A DNA stretch of 32,000 nucleotides from Ureaplasma parvum serovar 3 str. ATCC 27815. GTDB lineage: Bacteria > Bacillota_I > Bacilli_A > Mycoplasmatales > Mycoplasmoidaceae. Below are positions 19,699 through 29,793 of the stretch, piece by piece (position 1 is the first letter of the stretch; every line of letters begins with the position of its first letter). The stretch spans positions 1 through 32,000 of the forward strand of contig NC_010503.1 of the NCBI RefSeq assembly GCF_000019345.1, given 5' to 3'. The translations under genes were made by a program, and so were the position numbers. Under the pieces are notes generated by a model that did no database searches, was not told the origin of the DNA, and saw only the letters and a list, made by a program, of their open reading frames with translations.

Positions 19699-20493
19699 TT
19701 AATCACCTTTATTTTTATTAATAATTGTATAAATAATAGTAAACAAATTATTTTTATTAATATTAATTTTTAAATTCGCACGCATTAAATCCAAAATAAT
19801 TTCTTTGCTATTTACATTATTAATTCTAATGAAGATTAATTTTAATAGATAATGAATTTGTAAGGTAGATAAATTTTTAAATATTTCTTTTAAATCATTT
19901 AATATTTCAAAACTTCTTAAATCACTTAATTTTCCATAATAAGTTAAAACATCATTGATTTCCTTGTTTTCTAATAAAATTTTTAGCTCATCCAAATCAT
20001 CAAACATTAAGTCGCATTCCACGAGATCAATTGGTTGATTAATTTGGTTAATTAATTTTTTATATAAATCATGATTAGTAGGTAAATAAAAAAGCTGACA
20101 ACGACTTTTAATAGTTTTTAAAACTTGATTTAAATTTTTAGTGCTAAAAATTGCAATTGTATTTTTTGGCGGTTCTTCAATAAATTTTAATAATGCATTT
20201 AAAACATATTTTGATGCTAAGTCAATATTTTTAATAAGATAAAATTTTAAATTAATATCTTCTACTCCATCACATAAAAAAGTGTTTTGTAAATCAATTA
20301 CATCGCTTTTTTTCATTGATAGTCCATCATAAATTTTTAAATCAAAGTATTGTTTATTTTTAACTTTAGTAACATAAAATGATTGTTCTTTATGATTTTT
20401 CTCATAAATAAAAGCTAACATAATTTCTTCAATACCTGATTCTAGTGAGGTTTTAGGTGATTGAATTAATAAATTAGCAAAACTGTATTTCAT
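19699..20493 (-). CDS. holB: DNA polymerase III delta-prime subunit
   Basis: FIEEPP...KSRCQ motif. tmk-holB synteny. Confidence 0.8.
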   Translation of the reverse strand: MKYSFANLLIQSPKTSLESGIEEIMLAFIYEKNHKEQSFYVTKVKNKQYFDLKIYDGLSMKKSDVIDLQNTFLCDGVEDINLKFYLIKNIDLASKYVLNALLKFIEEPPKNTIAIFSTKNLNQVLKTIKSRCQLFYLPTNHDLYKKLINQINQPIDLVECDLMFDDLDELKILLENKEINDVLTYYGKLSDLRSFEILNDLKEIFKNLSTLQIHYLLKLIFIRINNVNSKEIILDLMRANLKININKNNLFTIIYTIINKNKGD

Positions 20494-21195
20494 TTATATA
20501 TATTTATGTTCTTTAAAAATTTTTAATAATTGTTCTTTAACCTCACATAATACTTCATTTTCATTTTTATTGGCATCAATAAAAATAATTTTTTTAGGTT
20601 GATTATAAACTTTAAAAACACTAGGGTATTGTTTTAATAACTTTTCATAAAATTGTTTATTTTGTGAATCGAATGCATTTGTATTGTCAAAACGATTTTT
20701 CATTCGATTTAATGCATTATTAACATTAACATCAAAATAAAAAACATAATCTATTTCTAATTCACCAATTGCTTGTTGATTAATTTGGTAAATAACATCT
20801 AAACTTTGATTTTGAACAATACCTTGATAAATATATGAAGAATGAACAAAACGATCTGAAATTACAATATGATCTTTTTCTAAATGAGGATTGATTGTTT
20901 TTTTTACGTGTTCAGCACGACTGCTTGCATATAAATAAGCTAGTGTTAACGGATCAAAAACTTCTAAATTTTTTAAAAAAAACTCACGTATCATCTCTGC
21001 TGCATTATTGTTTTTTCCACCAGGTTCACGCGTTAAAAAAATTTTATTAACTAGTTTAGGTTCTTTTAAAACCTCTAAAAGTTGTTTTAAGATTGAAGTT
21101 TTCCCTGCACCATCAATTCCTTCAAAAACAATAAATAATCCTTTTTTAAGCGGTTTTTTTTCATTACTATTTTTCGTTAATATCATTGTTATCAT
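20494..21195 (-). CDS. tmk: Thymidylate kinase
   Basis: P-loop FEGIDGAGKTS, then LTREPGG and DRF motifs. The stop abuts the holB start. Confidence 0.93.
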   Translation of the reverse strand: MITMILTKNSNEKKPLKKGLFIVFEGIDGAGKTSILKQLLEVLKEPKLVNKIFLTREPGGKNNNAAEMIREFFLKNLEVFDPLTLAYLYASSRAEHVKKTINPHLEKDHIVISDRFVHSSYIYQGIVQNQSLDVIYQINQQAIGELEIDYVFYFDVNVNNALNRMKNRFDNTNAFDSQNKQFYEKLLKQYPSVFKVYNQPKKIIFIDANKNENEVLCEVKEQLLKIFKEHKYI

Positions 21196-22036
21196 TTTCC
21201 TCTTGTTCTACAAATCTATCCTCTAAAAAACTTAGTAATATATTAGTAAATAATTTTGGTTCTTCAATAAAAGGAATATGACCAGAATTATTAAAAATAT
21301 ATTGATTTACTTTATTGTTGTTTTTAAACACTTTAATAGCTAAATTAAAATCAATTAATTGATCATGTCTTGAAACCATAATTAATGTTGGCATTATTAA
21401 ATTACGCTGTGCCATTTTTAATTCATGATTGATTTTAATATTTAATAACGATAAACATAAAAATAAGACATCGCGTGCAATTCGTGGATATTCTCTTGAA
21501 ATTGACTCCCAACGAGTTTCTATTAAGGTTTTATAATTATTACGATAATCAATATATAATTTTTTTAAAACGACATCTGTTTTAAATTTTAAAAATGGAT
21601 TGGGAAATAAAACCCAAGCATTAAATAATTTTTTATTTAAAAACGGATTTAAATATTGATAATGATATGGACAAACAAGAATTAATTTTTCAATGCGTTG
21701 GGGGATAATAAAACTAACCAAACTAGCAATCCCCGCTCCTAATGAATGACCTAACAAATGAAATTCTTTTAAATCAATTTCATTAATTCAATTAATAAAT
21801 AACTCAGCAAAAACTTTAATATTTAAATCTTTTTTGTTATTAATAGGTGTTAAACCATGTGCAGGTAATCCAACAAAATAACAATCATAATCAGATAAAT
21901 CTTTATTAATTAAAAAAAAATAATGTGGAGATGCATCAAGGCCGTGTATAAAAACAATCGAACCTTTTTTTAGTTCGCTTTTAGATGGCTCAAAATAAAA
22001 ATTAAGTGTGTTAGTCTTAATTAATTCCATAATCAT
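21167..22036 (-). CDS. Alpha/beta-fold hydrolase (esterase/lipase-like), 289 aa
   Basis: ORFs 21788..22036 and 21167..21757 are one frame, joined by TGA at 21788. Nucleophile elbow GHSLGAG and oxyanion-hole HGL. The 3' end overlaps the tmk start by 29 nt. Confidence 0.8.
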
Positions 22037-22135
22037 TACTTTCTTTTTTTAATTTTAAATAAAAAAATAATCAACTTATTTAATAGTTAATATTTTATTA
22101 TAAAAAACCAATCTTTAATGAGATAAAGTATAAAT

Positions 22136-23158
22136 TTAATTTTTCAATAAAATAACTTGATATAAAAAATATGGTCCTGAAATAATTGGCACTAATAAAA
22201 TAGTCTGGTCAGTTGATAAATTTAAAATTAAAACAACAAAAATATAACTAATCAATAATACAATGCCGCCTATTAATCCAGCATTAATAATGCCATTAGA
22301 AATATTGTTTTTTACATAATTGAAAGAAAAATTAGCTGCAACAATCCCAACAAAAATAACATTACCACTTAAACTATAACTTACCGATACTAATAAGCTA
22401 ATGCAAATAAAAGTTTGAATTGTCAAGGACTTATTATTAATGCCTAACTGTCCAGATATTTGTTGATTTGTTACCATAATCTTAAATTTAGTTGCATTTA
22501 ACATTAACCAAATAACACTAATAGTAAGCATTCCAAAACAAAAATAAAAACAAAAATCGCTGCGTGATTCAATATTACCTAATAAAATTGTTTTTAAATA
22601 CATACTTGATTCTTTACTCATTAAAATTCTTAATGACTGAGCAATAACAATTGTAATCAAATTAATAATAATACCTGAAACAATAATTCTTTTAAAAATG
22701 TATCCAGTAGAAGAATTGCATAAAAAATGAATAAAAAAACAAATCATTGTTGACCCAATTAAATAAATAAATGGTAGAACATATTCCATTCGTTTTTGGA
22801 TTTGCAATTGCCCAAAATCAAATATTAAAAAAAGTATTGTTAAAATCACTAAGTTAATATTGCCCATTCCTAATAAAGAACTATCTGCTAAACGATTTTT
22901 TGTTAATCTTTGAAGAATATAACCACTAATTCCTAATGCAATTCCAGAAAACAATAATTGTGTGATAATTTTTCAATCGCTCAAATAACTAAAAACATTT
23001 ATAAAACGCGAGGCTCCAGCTACAGCAATCAGCGTTAAAATAATTGTTATTATTAATAAACTTAATGAAAGAAAAAATTTGTTCTTTTTAAAACGAAAAA
23101 ATAATTTTTGTTCAAATTGGTGTTTTAAATTTTGATCATGCTTAATTTTTATACTCAT
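22136..23158 (-). CDS. FecCD/BtuC-family ABC permease (340 aa), divergent copy
   Basis: ORFs 22973..23158 and 22136..22954 are one frame, joined by TGA at 22973. Has LTKNRLADSSLLGMG motif. The usual C-terminal FVGLxxPH motif is degenerate (FVGIVAAN). Confidence 0.8.
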
Positions 23159-24184
23159 TTAATTTTTATTCACTTTCCATCCTAATTCTCATTTTAGCAA
23201 AACAATCATTGGAATCGCAAAAACTGTTGCTACTAAAAAAACAATATTAAATTTTGAAAAAAATTCTACAATTATTCCAAGTAATTCTAATAAAAAAGTA
23301 GTTAGAAAAATGGCGATAATCATTTGAAATAAATAATTAGTTCTTTTAAAAAGTAAACGAACTAAATGGGGCATAACAATTGCAATTAATGAAAGACCGC
23401 CAATTAAAAACGTAGTTGAAATGGCAATAAAAATTGAACAAGTTGAAGTGATTCAAAACACTTTATTAACATCGATTCCTAGTGATTTAGCTAAATAATG
23501 ATCCGTATCTAAAATTTGGATTTTTTTAGCATAACATAACAAAATAATCGTACTTATAAACACTATTGGAGTGCCAATATAAAAGCGCTCAATAGAATTG
23601 TAAACACCAATACTACCTAATAATTGAATGGGGGAAGCGACAATTGATGAATTAAAATTAGCAATTAAAATATTAACAGCTGTGATAATGGCACCTAATG
23701 AAAAACCAAAAATAATAGGTTTAAAAGTTTTCTTATGTGGTGAAATTCTAATAAATAAAAAATTGATTCCTAAAGCAAATAAGCTAAAAATAATTCCAAA
23801 AACATAGCCAATAAAAATATTAGAAAAACTTTTGGTAATTAACTGACTCAAAATATTACCTAAGGCTGCTAATGGAAAAATTCCTAATGTTGATGGACCT
23901 GCCAAACCATTACGCGTTGTAGATTGCAAACTAAATCCACTGCAAACCAATCCTGCACCACAAACTAATAAAACAATTGGAGAATAAAAAAACAATAAAA
24001 AAACCTCTTCAAATGAAGCATTTTGAAAGTAAAACGATTCTCAAATAAATGTTTTGTTAGTATAAATAATGTTAAATATAAAAATAAAAGAAGTTAACAA
24101 AACCAAAACAACAAAAACACTTCATTTATATATTAAATATTTTTTAAAATTAAGTTTATTTTCAAATTTCAATTTTATTTTCAT
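23159..24184 (-). CDS. FecCD/BtuC-family ABC permease (341 aa)
   Basis: ATG at 24184. TGA at 24122, 24041, 23453 and 23189 read as Trp. Ends in TAA at 23159, abutting the next ATG. Motifs TTRNGLAGPSTLGI and IVMPHLVR. Confidence 0.82.
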
Positions 24185-24200
24185 AATATATTATTATAAA

Positions 24201-25601
24201 TTAAAAATCTGATTTAGCCGTGTTGATTCTTGTTTTAAATTGGGTTTTGGGATCATTAATTCCTTGTGTACTACTAATTATTCAAGATCCTGTATTTTTA
24301 ATCATAATTAATTTATTCATTGAGTTTAATAAATGGGATGGGCCCATATAAATTGCAAAATTTTTATCAACAAATTCCGCTTTTTCACTATCATTAGGAG
24401 CCTTATTAATTTTTTCTAATTTATCATAATTAATCAACTCTTTTAAATAATTACCAACACCTTGGGTTTTTAAATTAATATTATTAAAACTTTCATAATC
24501 AACTATTGCATCAGGTTTTAAACCGAATGAAATTAAATGATCAATACTATCTGCTCATGTCCCAACAATTTTATAACCATAAGTTAGCTTAAAATTTTTA
24601 TTTATATAATGAGGTTTAATTATTAAATTACGCTCTTTAATAGTTGGTTTGTGATCAAATAAATTTATTAATTCTTCTTTATTAAATGGGAGATAACTTC
24701 ATTGTTTTTTTATTGTTTTTTTATTTGTGAAAATTTTTAATAATTCTTTAATAATTAGTGATTGCCCAACCATTGTAAAAGAACCTCATCAAAACAATGA
24801 ACGATCAATAAAAATAATTTTTGAACGAGAATTGCGTAAGAATTTATGAGCATAAAAATTTTTGTTTGATAAAATTTCTTTAAATAAATCTTCACGTTTT
24901 TGACCATCTGTTTTGTATTTATTATTAGTAAATAAATTAGAATCATACATATAAAAAACATAATCAGCTGTTTTATAAAATGAAGATGTTTGTTTTAAGA
25001 CTGATTCGAGCGGGTTTGTTCTTAATGCATTATAACCAATTGATTGATAACGATCAATAATATCACTAATATCATTATTAATTGGTTTTGGAAAATTCAA
25101 TCCCAATCCTGGAACTTCTGTATAAGGATTAGAATAGATTAGTGGAAAATCTGAAGGTGTTAGAATAGAAAATTTATTATAATTTTCTTTATTATTAACT
25201 AATTCATTACGATTTTCTATAACTAAAACAGTTGCTTTATGATTGCGCATTTTTTGGATGCTATCGAGCATTGCTACATTATTAATATCATTTTTTAATA
25301 AACGTGCGATCTTTAGACTTCATTCAGTAAATGAATGTACATTTTGCATTGGTTTTGGTAGACGTTTTTTTAATTCATTAAAATTTAAAACATTATCTAA
25401 TTGGCGAGCAAATTCTAAATGAATTTTATAAGGATCACGAAAAAAATTATTCAATCTCCAATTTTTATTTTTGAATAATCAATTAGTATCATACGGTTTT
25501 TGTTGTTGAAGATTTTTACATGAACTTAATGTTGTAAAAATAATACTTAATCCAAGCATTGAAATTACATTAATTAATCTAAATTTAAAACTAATTTTCA
25601 T
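24201..25601 (-). CDS. Putative substrate-binding lipoprotein of the FecCD-type transporter (466 aa)
   Basis: Signal peptide plus lipobox (MKISFKFRLINVISMLGLSIIFTTLSSC). One frame with 7 TGA=Trp codons (25479, 25320, 24789, 24786, 24699, 24555, 24282), checked codon by codon. An in-frame ATG at 25613 is an alternative start. Binding-protein role is inferred from position only. Confidence 0.6.
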
Positions 25602-25636
25602 TATTAAAACCATTTTATTATTTATTTTAATAAAAA

Positions 25637-26740
25637 TTAAGCTCTATTTCAATGTTTTCAACCCAAATAAGCTAAAACAGGTGCTCCTATAAAACTCATT
25701 CAAATCGATGAATTAATATAAATTGTCTCACGATATAGTATTAAACCTAAAGATGTTATCATTGCACCTAATAATCCTGATAAGGGCATAACATAACGAT
25801 AATCTCTAATTGAAAAAATTTTACGCACGATATGGGGACCAAATAATCCAACAAATGCAATATTACCAACTAATAAAATAGTTGGTGAAACTAAAAAAAT
25901 AGTTGAAATAATAGCTAAAATTTTAATAATAATAATTGACGATCCTAAGTTTTTAGCTTTTTCATCACCAATTTCTAATAAGGTTAATTTGTAAGCTAGA
26001 AAACAAGCTAATATTACACCAATTAGAATTAAAATTGCACTAACTCATAATGTTAAAAAAGGATCAATATGAGTTGTATAAATATTTTCACTACCCCCTA
26101 AAACATATTTAAAATTAATACTTGAACCTTTAGCACTTTGAATACGAATAAAATAAGAAATTGTATTAAAAAAAACTCCTATAGCTAATCCTGCTAAAGT
26201 AATTTTAATATATGATAATCTGCTTCTTGTTGCAAAAACTAGAATCAATAAAATAATGCTAGCAATTATTCCACCAATAATGGCAAAACCAAAAAGTTCT
26301 CCAAAAGAAATCATGTTATATGAGAATGCAATTACAATCATAAATACACTTGATTGTACAATACCTAATGTACTTGAATCAGCTAATGGATTTTTAGTTA
26401 GTGCTTGTGTCACGCATCCAGCAATTGCCAAACTAATACCTGATAAAATTGAAGAAATGCTTGCTCAAAATGTAGCTTGTAAATTTAAATATTTAATATT
26501 TGTTGGATCTAAAAAATGTCCATTAAAAATTAATTTAAGGGACTCGTGTAAGGGAAAGTAAACATATTTATTTAATTGTTGATCATAAAAATTAGCATAT
26601 GAAATATTTCATACTCAAATACTAAAAATAGCAATAATTAAAAAAACTGTTGCTCCTATTAAAATGAGTGGCTTTAATTTTTTAACTTGTTGATTTTTAA
26701 TTTGTTTAAATAGTTTAAAACGAAAGGTATAATTTTGCAT
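25637..26740 (-). CDS. FecCD/BtuC-family ABC permease with a disrupted 5' end (possible pseudogene or homopolymer sequencing error)
   Basis: Frame is open and family-typical from 26680 down to TAA at 25637 (LTKNPLADSSTLGI, GNIAFVGLFGPHIVR). The only ATG (26740) is in this frame but meets TAA at 26696 and 26681. A paralog-like N-terminus is recovered only with two opposite 1-nt shifts. Confidence 0.7.
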
Positions 26741-26814
26741 TAATTGAATATTTTATTTTTAATTTTTAATATCTATTAAATATATCAAATTAGATATTTT
26801 TTTAAGCGACTCCC

Positions 26815-26820
26815 ATTATA
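26815..26820 (-). promoter_or_regulatory. Candidate -10 box (TATAAT) for the FecCD-type cluster
   Basis: The reverse complement of 26815..26820 is TATAAT. It lies between the rpsB terminator and the permease gene. Confidence 0.3.
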
Positions 26821-26860
26821 TTTTGTATATAAATTATCTTATTTTTAAAATAATAGGAAT

Positions 26861-26889
26861 AAAAACACAACCGCATCGGTTGTGTTTTT
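26861..26889 (-). terminator. Rho-independent (bidirectional) terminator after rpsB
   Basis: AAAAACACAACCG-CAT-CGGTTGTGTTTTT. GC-containing 9-bp stem with A5/T5 flanks. Confidence 0.8.
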
Positions 26890-26906
26890 CCTCTTAAAAC
26901 ATTAAA

Positions 26907-27956
26907 TTATTTTGTTTCTGCTTTAATAACGTTTGTTTTTATTTCATTGGTTGTTGAATCAACTGGTTTTTTGTTATTAAATTTATTGAATGTAGATTTA
27001 TGATTTACATATTTTGGATTATAACCACGTTTGCTTGGGTCATAATTATTTTGTTTTCAATTTGATTTTGTTTCAGGTAAAACAATTTCGCTATCTGGTC
27101 GTCCAACAATTTTTGTTGGTTCACCGTGCAATTCAGCAATTGAATCTGCTAGCACACCTAAAATCAAAGTAATTGATTTAACTGAATAATTATTTACTGG
27201 AATAATGTAATCAATCAATTGTGGATCAGCATTCGTATTTGCTAAAGCAATTACTGGAATGTTTAATTTACGTGCTTCTTTAATAGCATTAACATCATTA
27301 ACAGGATCTACTAGAATTAAAACATCTGGACGTTGTTTCATATTTTTAATCCCGCCATAGAATTTTTCTAATTTAGCAGTTTCTTTATTAATTGCAATTT
27401 GTTCTTTTTTAGAATATTTATTAATCTCTTCACTTTCTAATAAAGCTAAATTACTATTAAATTTTTTTAATGAACGTGAGATGTTAGTAAAGTTTGTTAA
27501 AGTTCCACCTAATCATCTTTGAGTTACATAAAATGAATTAGTACGTTCTGCTTCTGCTTTAATTAATTCTTTAACAACACGACCTCTTGTACCCACAAAC
27601 ATCACAGTGCCCCCGTTTTGAGAAACCTCTTGTAAGAATTTGTATGCACGATCTAAAAATAGAATTGTTTTTAAAATATCAATTACATGGTTATTTGAAC
27701 GTTTAGCATGGATGTAACTAGCCATTTTAGGATTTCATTTCTTAGGATTTAACCCAATATGAGCACCTGATTCAGTTAATTTTACAATTGAAACTAAAGT
27801 TTTAAGATTTTTTATAGTTGAATTTGCATTGACTTTAAGCTGAATTGCATCAGCCGGTGATGTAGGTTTTTGTTCTACTTTTGCATTTTCAGTAGTAACT
27901 ACTTCAACGTTAGCTACCGATTCAACTTTTTTCGTCGAATTTTCCATTTGAGACAT
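26907..27956 (-). CDS. rpsB: 30S ribosomal protein S2 with N- and C-terminal extensions (349 aa)
   Basis: ORFs 27735..27965, 27513..27725 and 27057..27341 plus the tail are one frame, joined by TGA at 27735, 27513 and 27057. Ends in TAA at 26907. S2 core motifs WNPKM and LGGTLTNF. Start set at ATG 27956 because GGTGG (27966..27962) lies 5 nt upstream. The track's GTG at 27965 lies inside that SD. Confidence 0.92.
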
Positions 27957-28055
27957 GGAATCCACCTTTCGTAATTTTAAATATTTGTTTGTTATTTAAA
28001 TCAAAAAAATAAAATAACTTATAAATTTTAACAAAAATATATTATTTTAAATAAA

Positions 28056-29027
28056 TTATTTATTTTGATTAAATCCTTTAATCGTTTTTAAATATTCTAA
28101 AACTGCTTCTTGACTTCCATTGCCTTTTTTAATCAAAATCTTAAAAACCACCGCTGTTTTGTTATTAACATCAGGTTCAACACTTTGAATTTCATAAATA
28201 AAACCTGTTTGGAATGGTAATTTAAATAATGTTTTATAATTTTCAATAACTTCTTTTATTGTTTTTTGTTTTGTTTTTTCATCAATTAATTGTGGTTCAA
28301 GTTGATTTTTATCTTGTTTAATCGCTTCTAAATTAGCTAAATAAATCTTTTTATCAGCTTCAGAAATAAAACCATTAAGTGTTTTGTTATAAGTAATGCT
28401 TGCTAAATTTTCTCCATTACCTTTACTGATTTTAATTTCGATATCAATAGAATTAGCAGTTTTACTTTTAGTAATTTTTAGAATTTCATATTTTAAATCA
28501 TTATTACTATTGTTAATATTTAAATAACTATTTTGTCATTTTAATGCTTCATCTACTGTTGTTTTACTAATGTTAATACTTGAATTAACTATGGGCATTA
28601 AATAAAGAGTATTATGGTTTTTTTCATCTTCTAAATATTTTTTATTTTCTAAAAATAAACGATATTGTTTAGCATTCTTAAAACCTTTTAAGATTTTTTT
28701 GTAAGTGTGCGTTTGACCTTTAAAATGATAACGAATTATTAGATCAATTACATCTTCATCTAACTCATTCAATCGTGCATCATATAATTCATATTTAATA
28801 TCTTTATTTGGTGCCAAAAATTGAATATTAGTTTTAATAATCTTAATAAATTCTGAAGCTAAAATCTTTGAAAAATCATGTTGATCATAACCTTTAATGG
28901 TTGGATAAATTTCATTCTCTTGTTTTGATTTTATTGATGAGCTGCACGCAACACCACTTGTTGTTATCAAACCTAATAGTCCAACAATTAAACTACTAAT
29001 GAAAACTGTTTTAATTTTTTTATTCAC
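28056..29027 (-). CDS. Lipoprotein (323 aa) with three repeated modules resembling the mycoplasma lipoprotein-associated domain
   Basis: GTG start. Signal peptide plus lipobox (TTSGVAC). ORF 28536..29027 extended through TGA at 28536 to TAA at 28056 (checked). Modules end in KILKGF, KTLNGF and KTIKGF. Confidence 0.75.
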
Positions 29028-29041
29028 TGTTTCTTTACCCT

Positions 29042-29788
29042 TTAGTCTAAATTAATTTTAATTTTTTTAAATAATTGAGCCTGTTGTTCATTTTTACCTT
29101 TACTAATCATTATTTCCACAACTAATTCACGTTGTCTTTCATCTAATGGTTCAAAATAGTTAATGTCTATTATTTTAATATTAATATCTTTAAATTTTGA
29201 GTCTACTTTTAATTGAGGAATTAAATCCTCACCAAAATTAAAAGCTTTTTCACCTAATGTTTTAATTTCAACCAAACTTCTTTTTTGATATTCTGGTTTT
29301 ATTCTAAGATTAAAAAAACCTATTTTTTGTTTTTGATCATAATCCCAAGCACTTTTAATAATATTTAAATTTTGTTGAAGGATTGTTTTATCTTCTTTTT
29401 GTTTAGGAGTTAAAAATGGTTGAAAATAAAAATCATAATTAATTGATTCTTTATATTTTTGAATTTTAGCATTAATCGTAACTTTAAGAATTTGTTCTGA
29501 ATCCTTTTTAATATCAACAATTTTATACTGGACATTCTTTGGATTTCTTGATAAATCATAAACTAGTAGGTTATTTGATCCGTCTTTATTGATTTTTACT
29601 TTTTTTAAAACATCATCAATAGTATTGTTATCATTAGCAAATTCTTTTGCTAATGAAACTGTTGGACGATAAGTTAAAATAACATCCTGGTTAATTTTAA
29701 ATTGCGAACAAGCGCTAACGATAAGGGGAATTGCCAAAATTGGCAATCCCAAAAAAGACATGATTATTTTTTTTAATTTTATTTTCAT
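29042..29788 (-). CDS. Lipoprotein (248 aa), related module architecture
   Basis: Signal peptide plus lipobox (LIVSAC). Intact ORF. Starts 5 nt after the tex stop. Confidence 0.75.
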   Translation of the reverse strand: MKIKLKKIIMSFLGLPILAIPLIVSACSQFKINQDVILTYRPTVSLAKEFANDNNTIDDVLKKVKINKDGSNNLLVYDLSRNPKNVQYKIVDIKKDSEQILKVTINAKIQKYKESINYDFYFQPFLTPKQKEDKTILQQNLNIIKSAWDYDQKQKIGFFNLRIKPEYQKRSLVEIKTLGEKAFNFGEDLIPQLKVDSKFKDINIKIIDINYFEPLDERQRELVVEIMISKGKNEQQAQLFKKIKINLD

Positions 29789-29793
29789 AATTT

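Noticed and set aside
21912-21920. A9/T9 homopolymer inside the alpha/beta hydrolase gene as a phase-variation switch
   Set aside because: The tract encodes Y-F-F-L in frame in an intact gene. Similar A8-A9 runs occur in dnaA (912..920) and in signal-peptide regions. Without population data there is no evidence of switching.
21167-22036. Alpha/beta hydrolase as a siderophore esterase partner of the FecCD-type transporter
   Set aside because: It shows only the generic GHSLG/HGL hydrolase motifs. It is separated from the permeases by a 99-nt spacer containing a TATAAT, and it overlaps tmk instead. The link is speculative.
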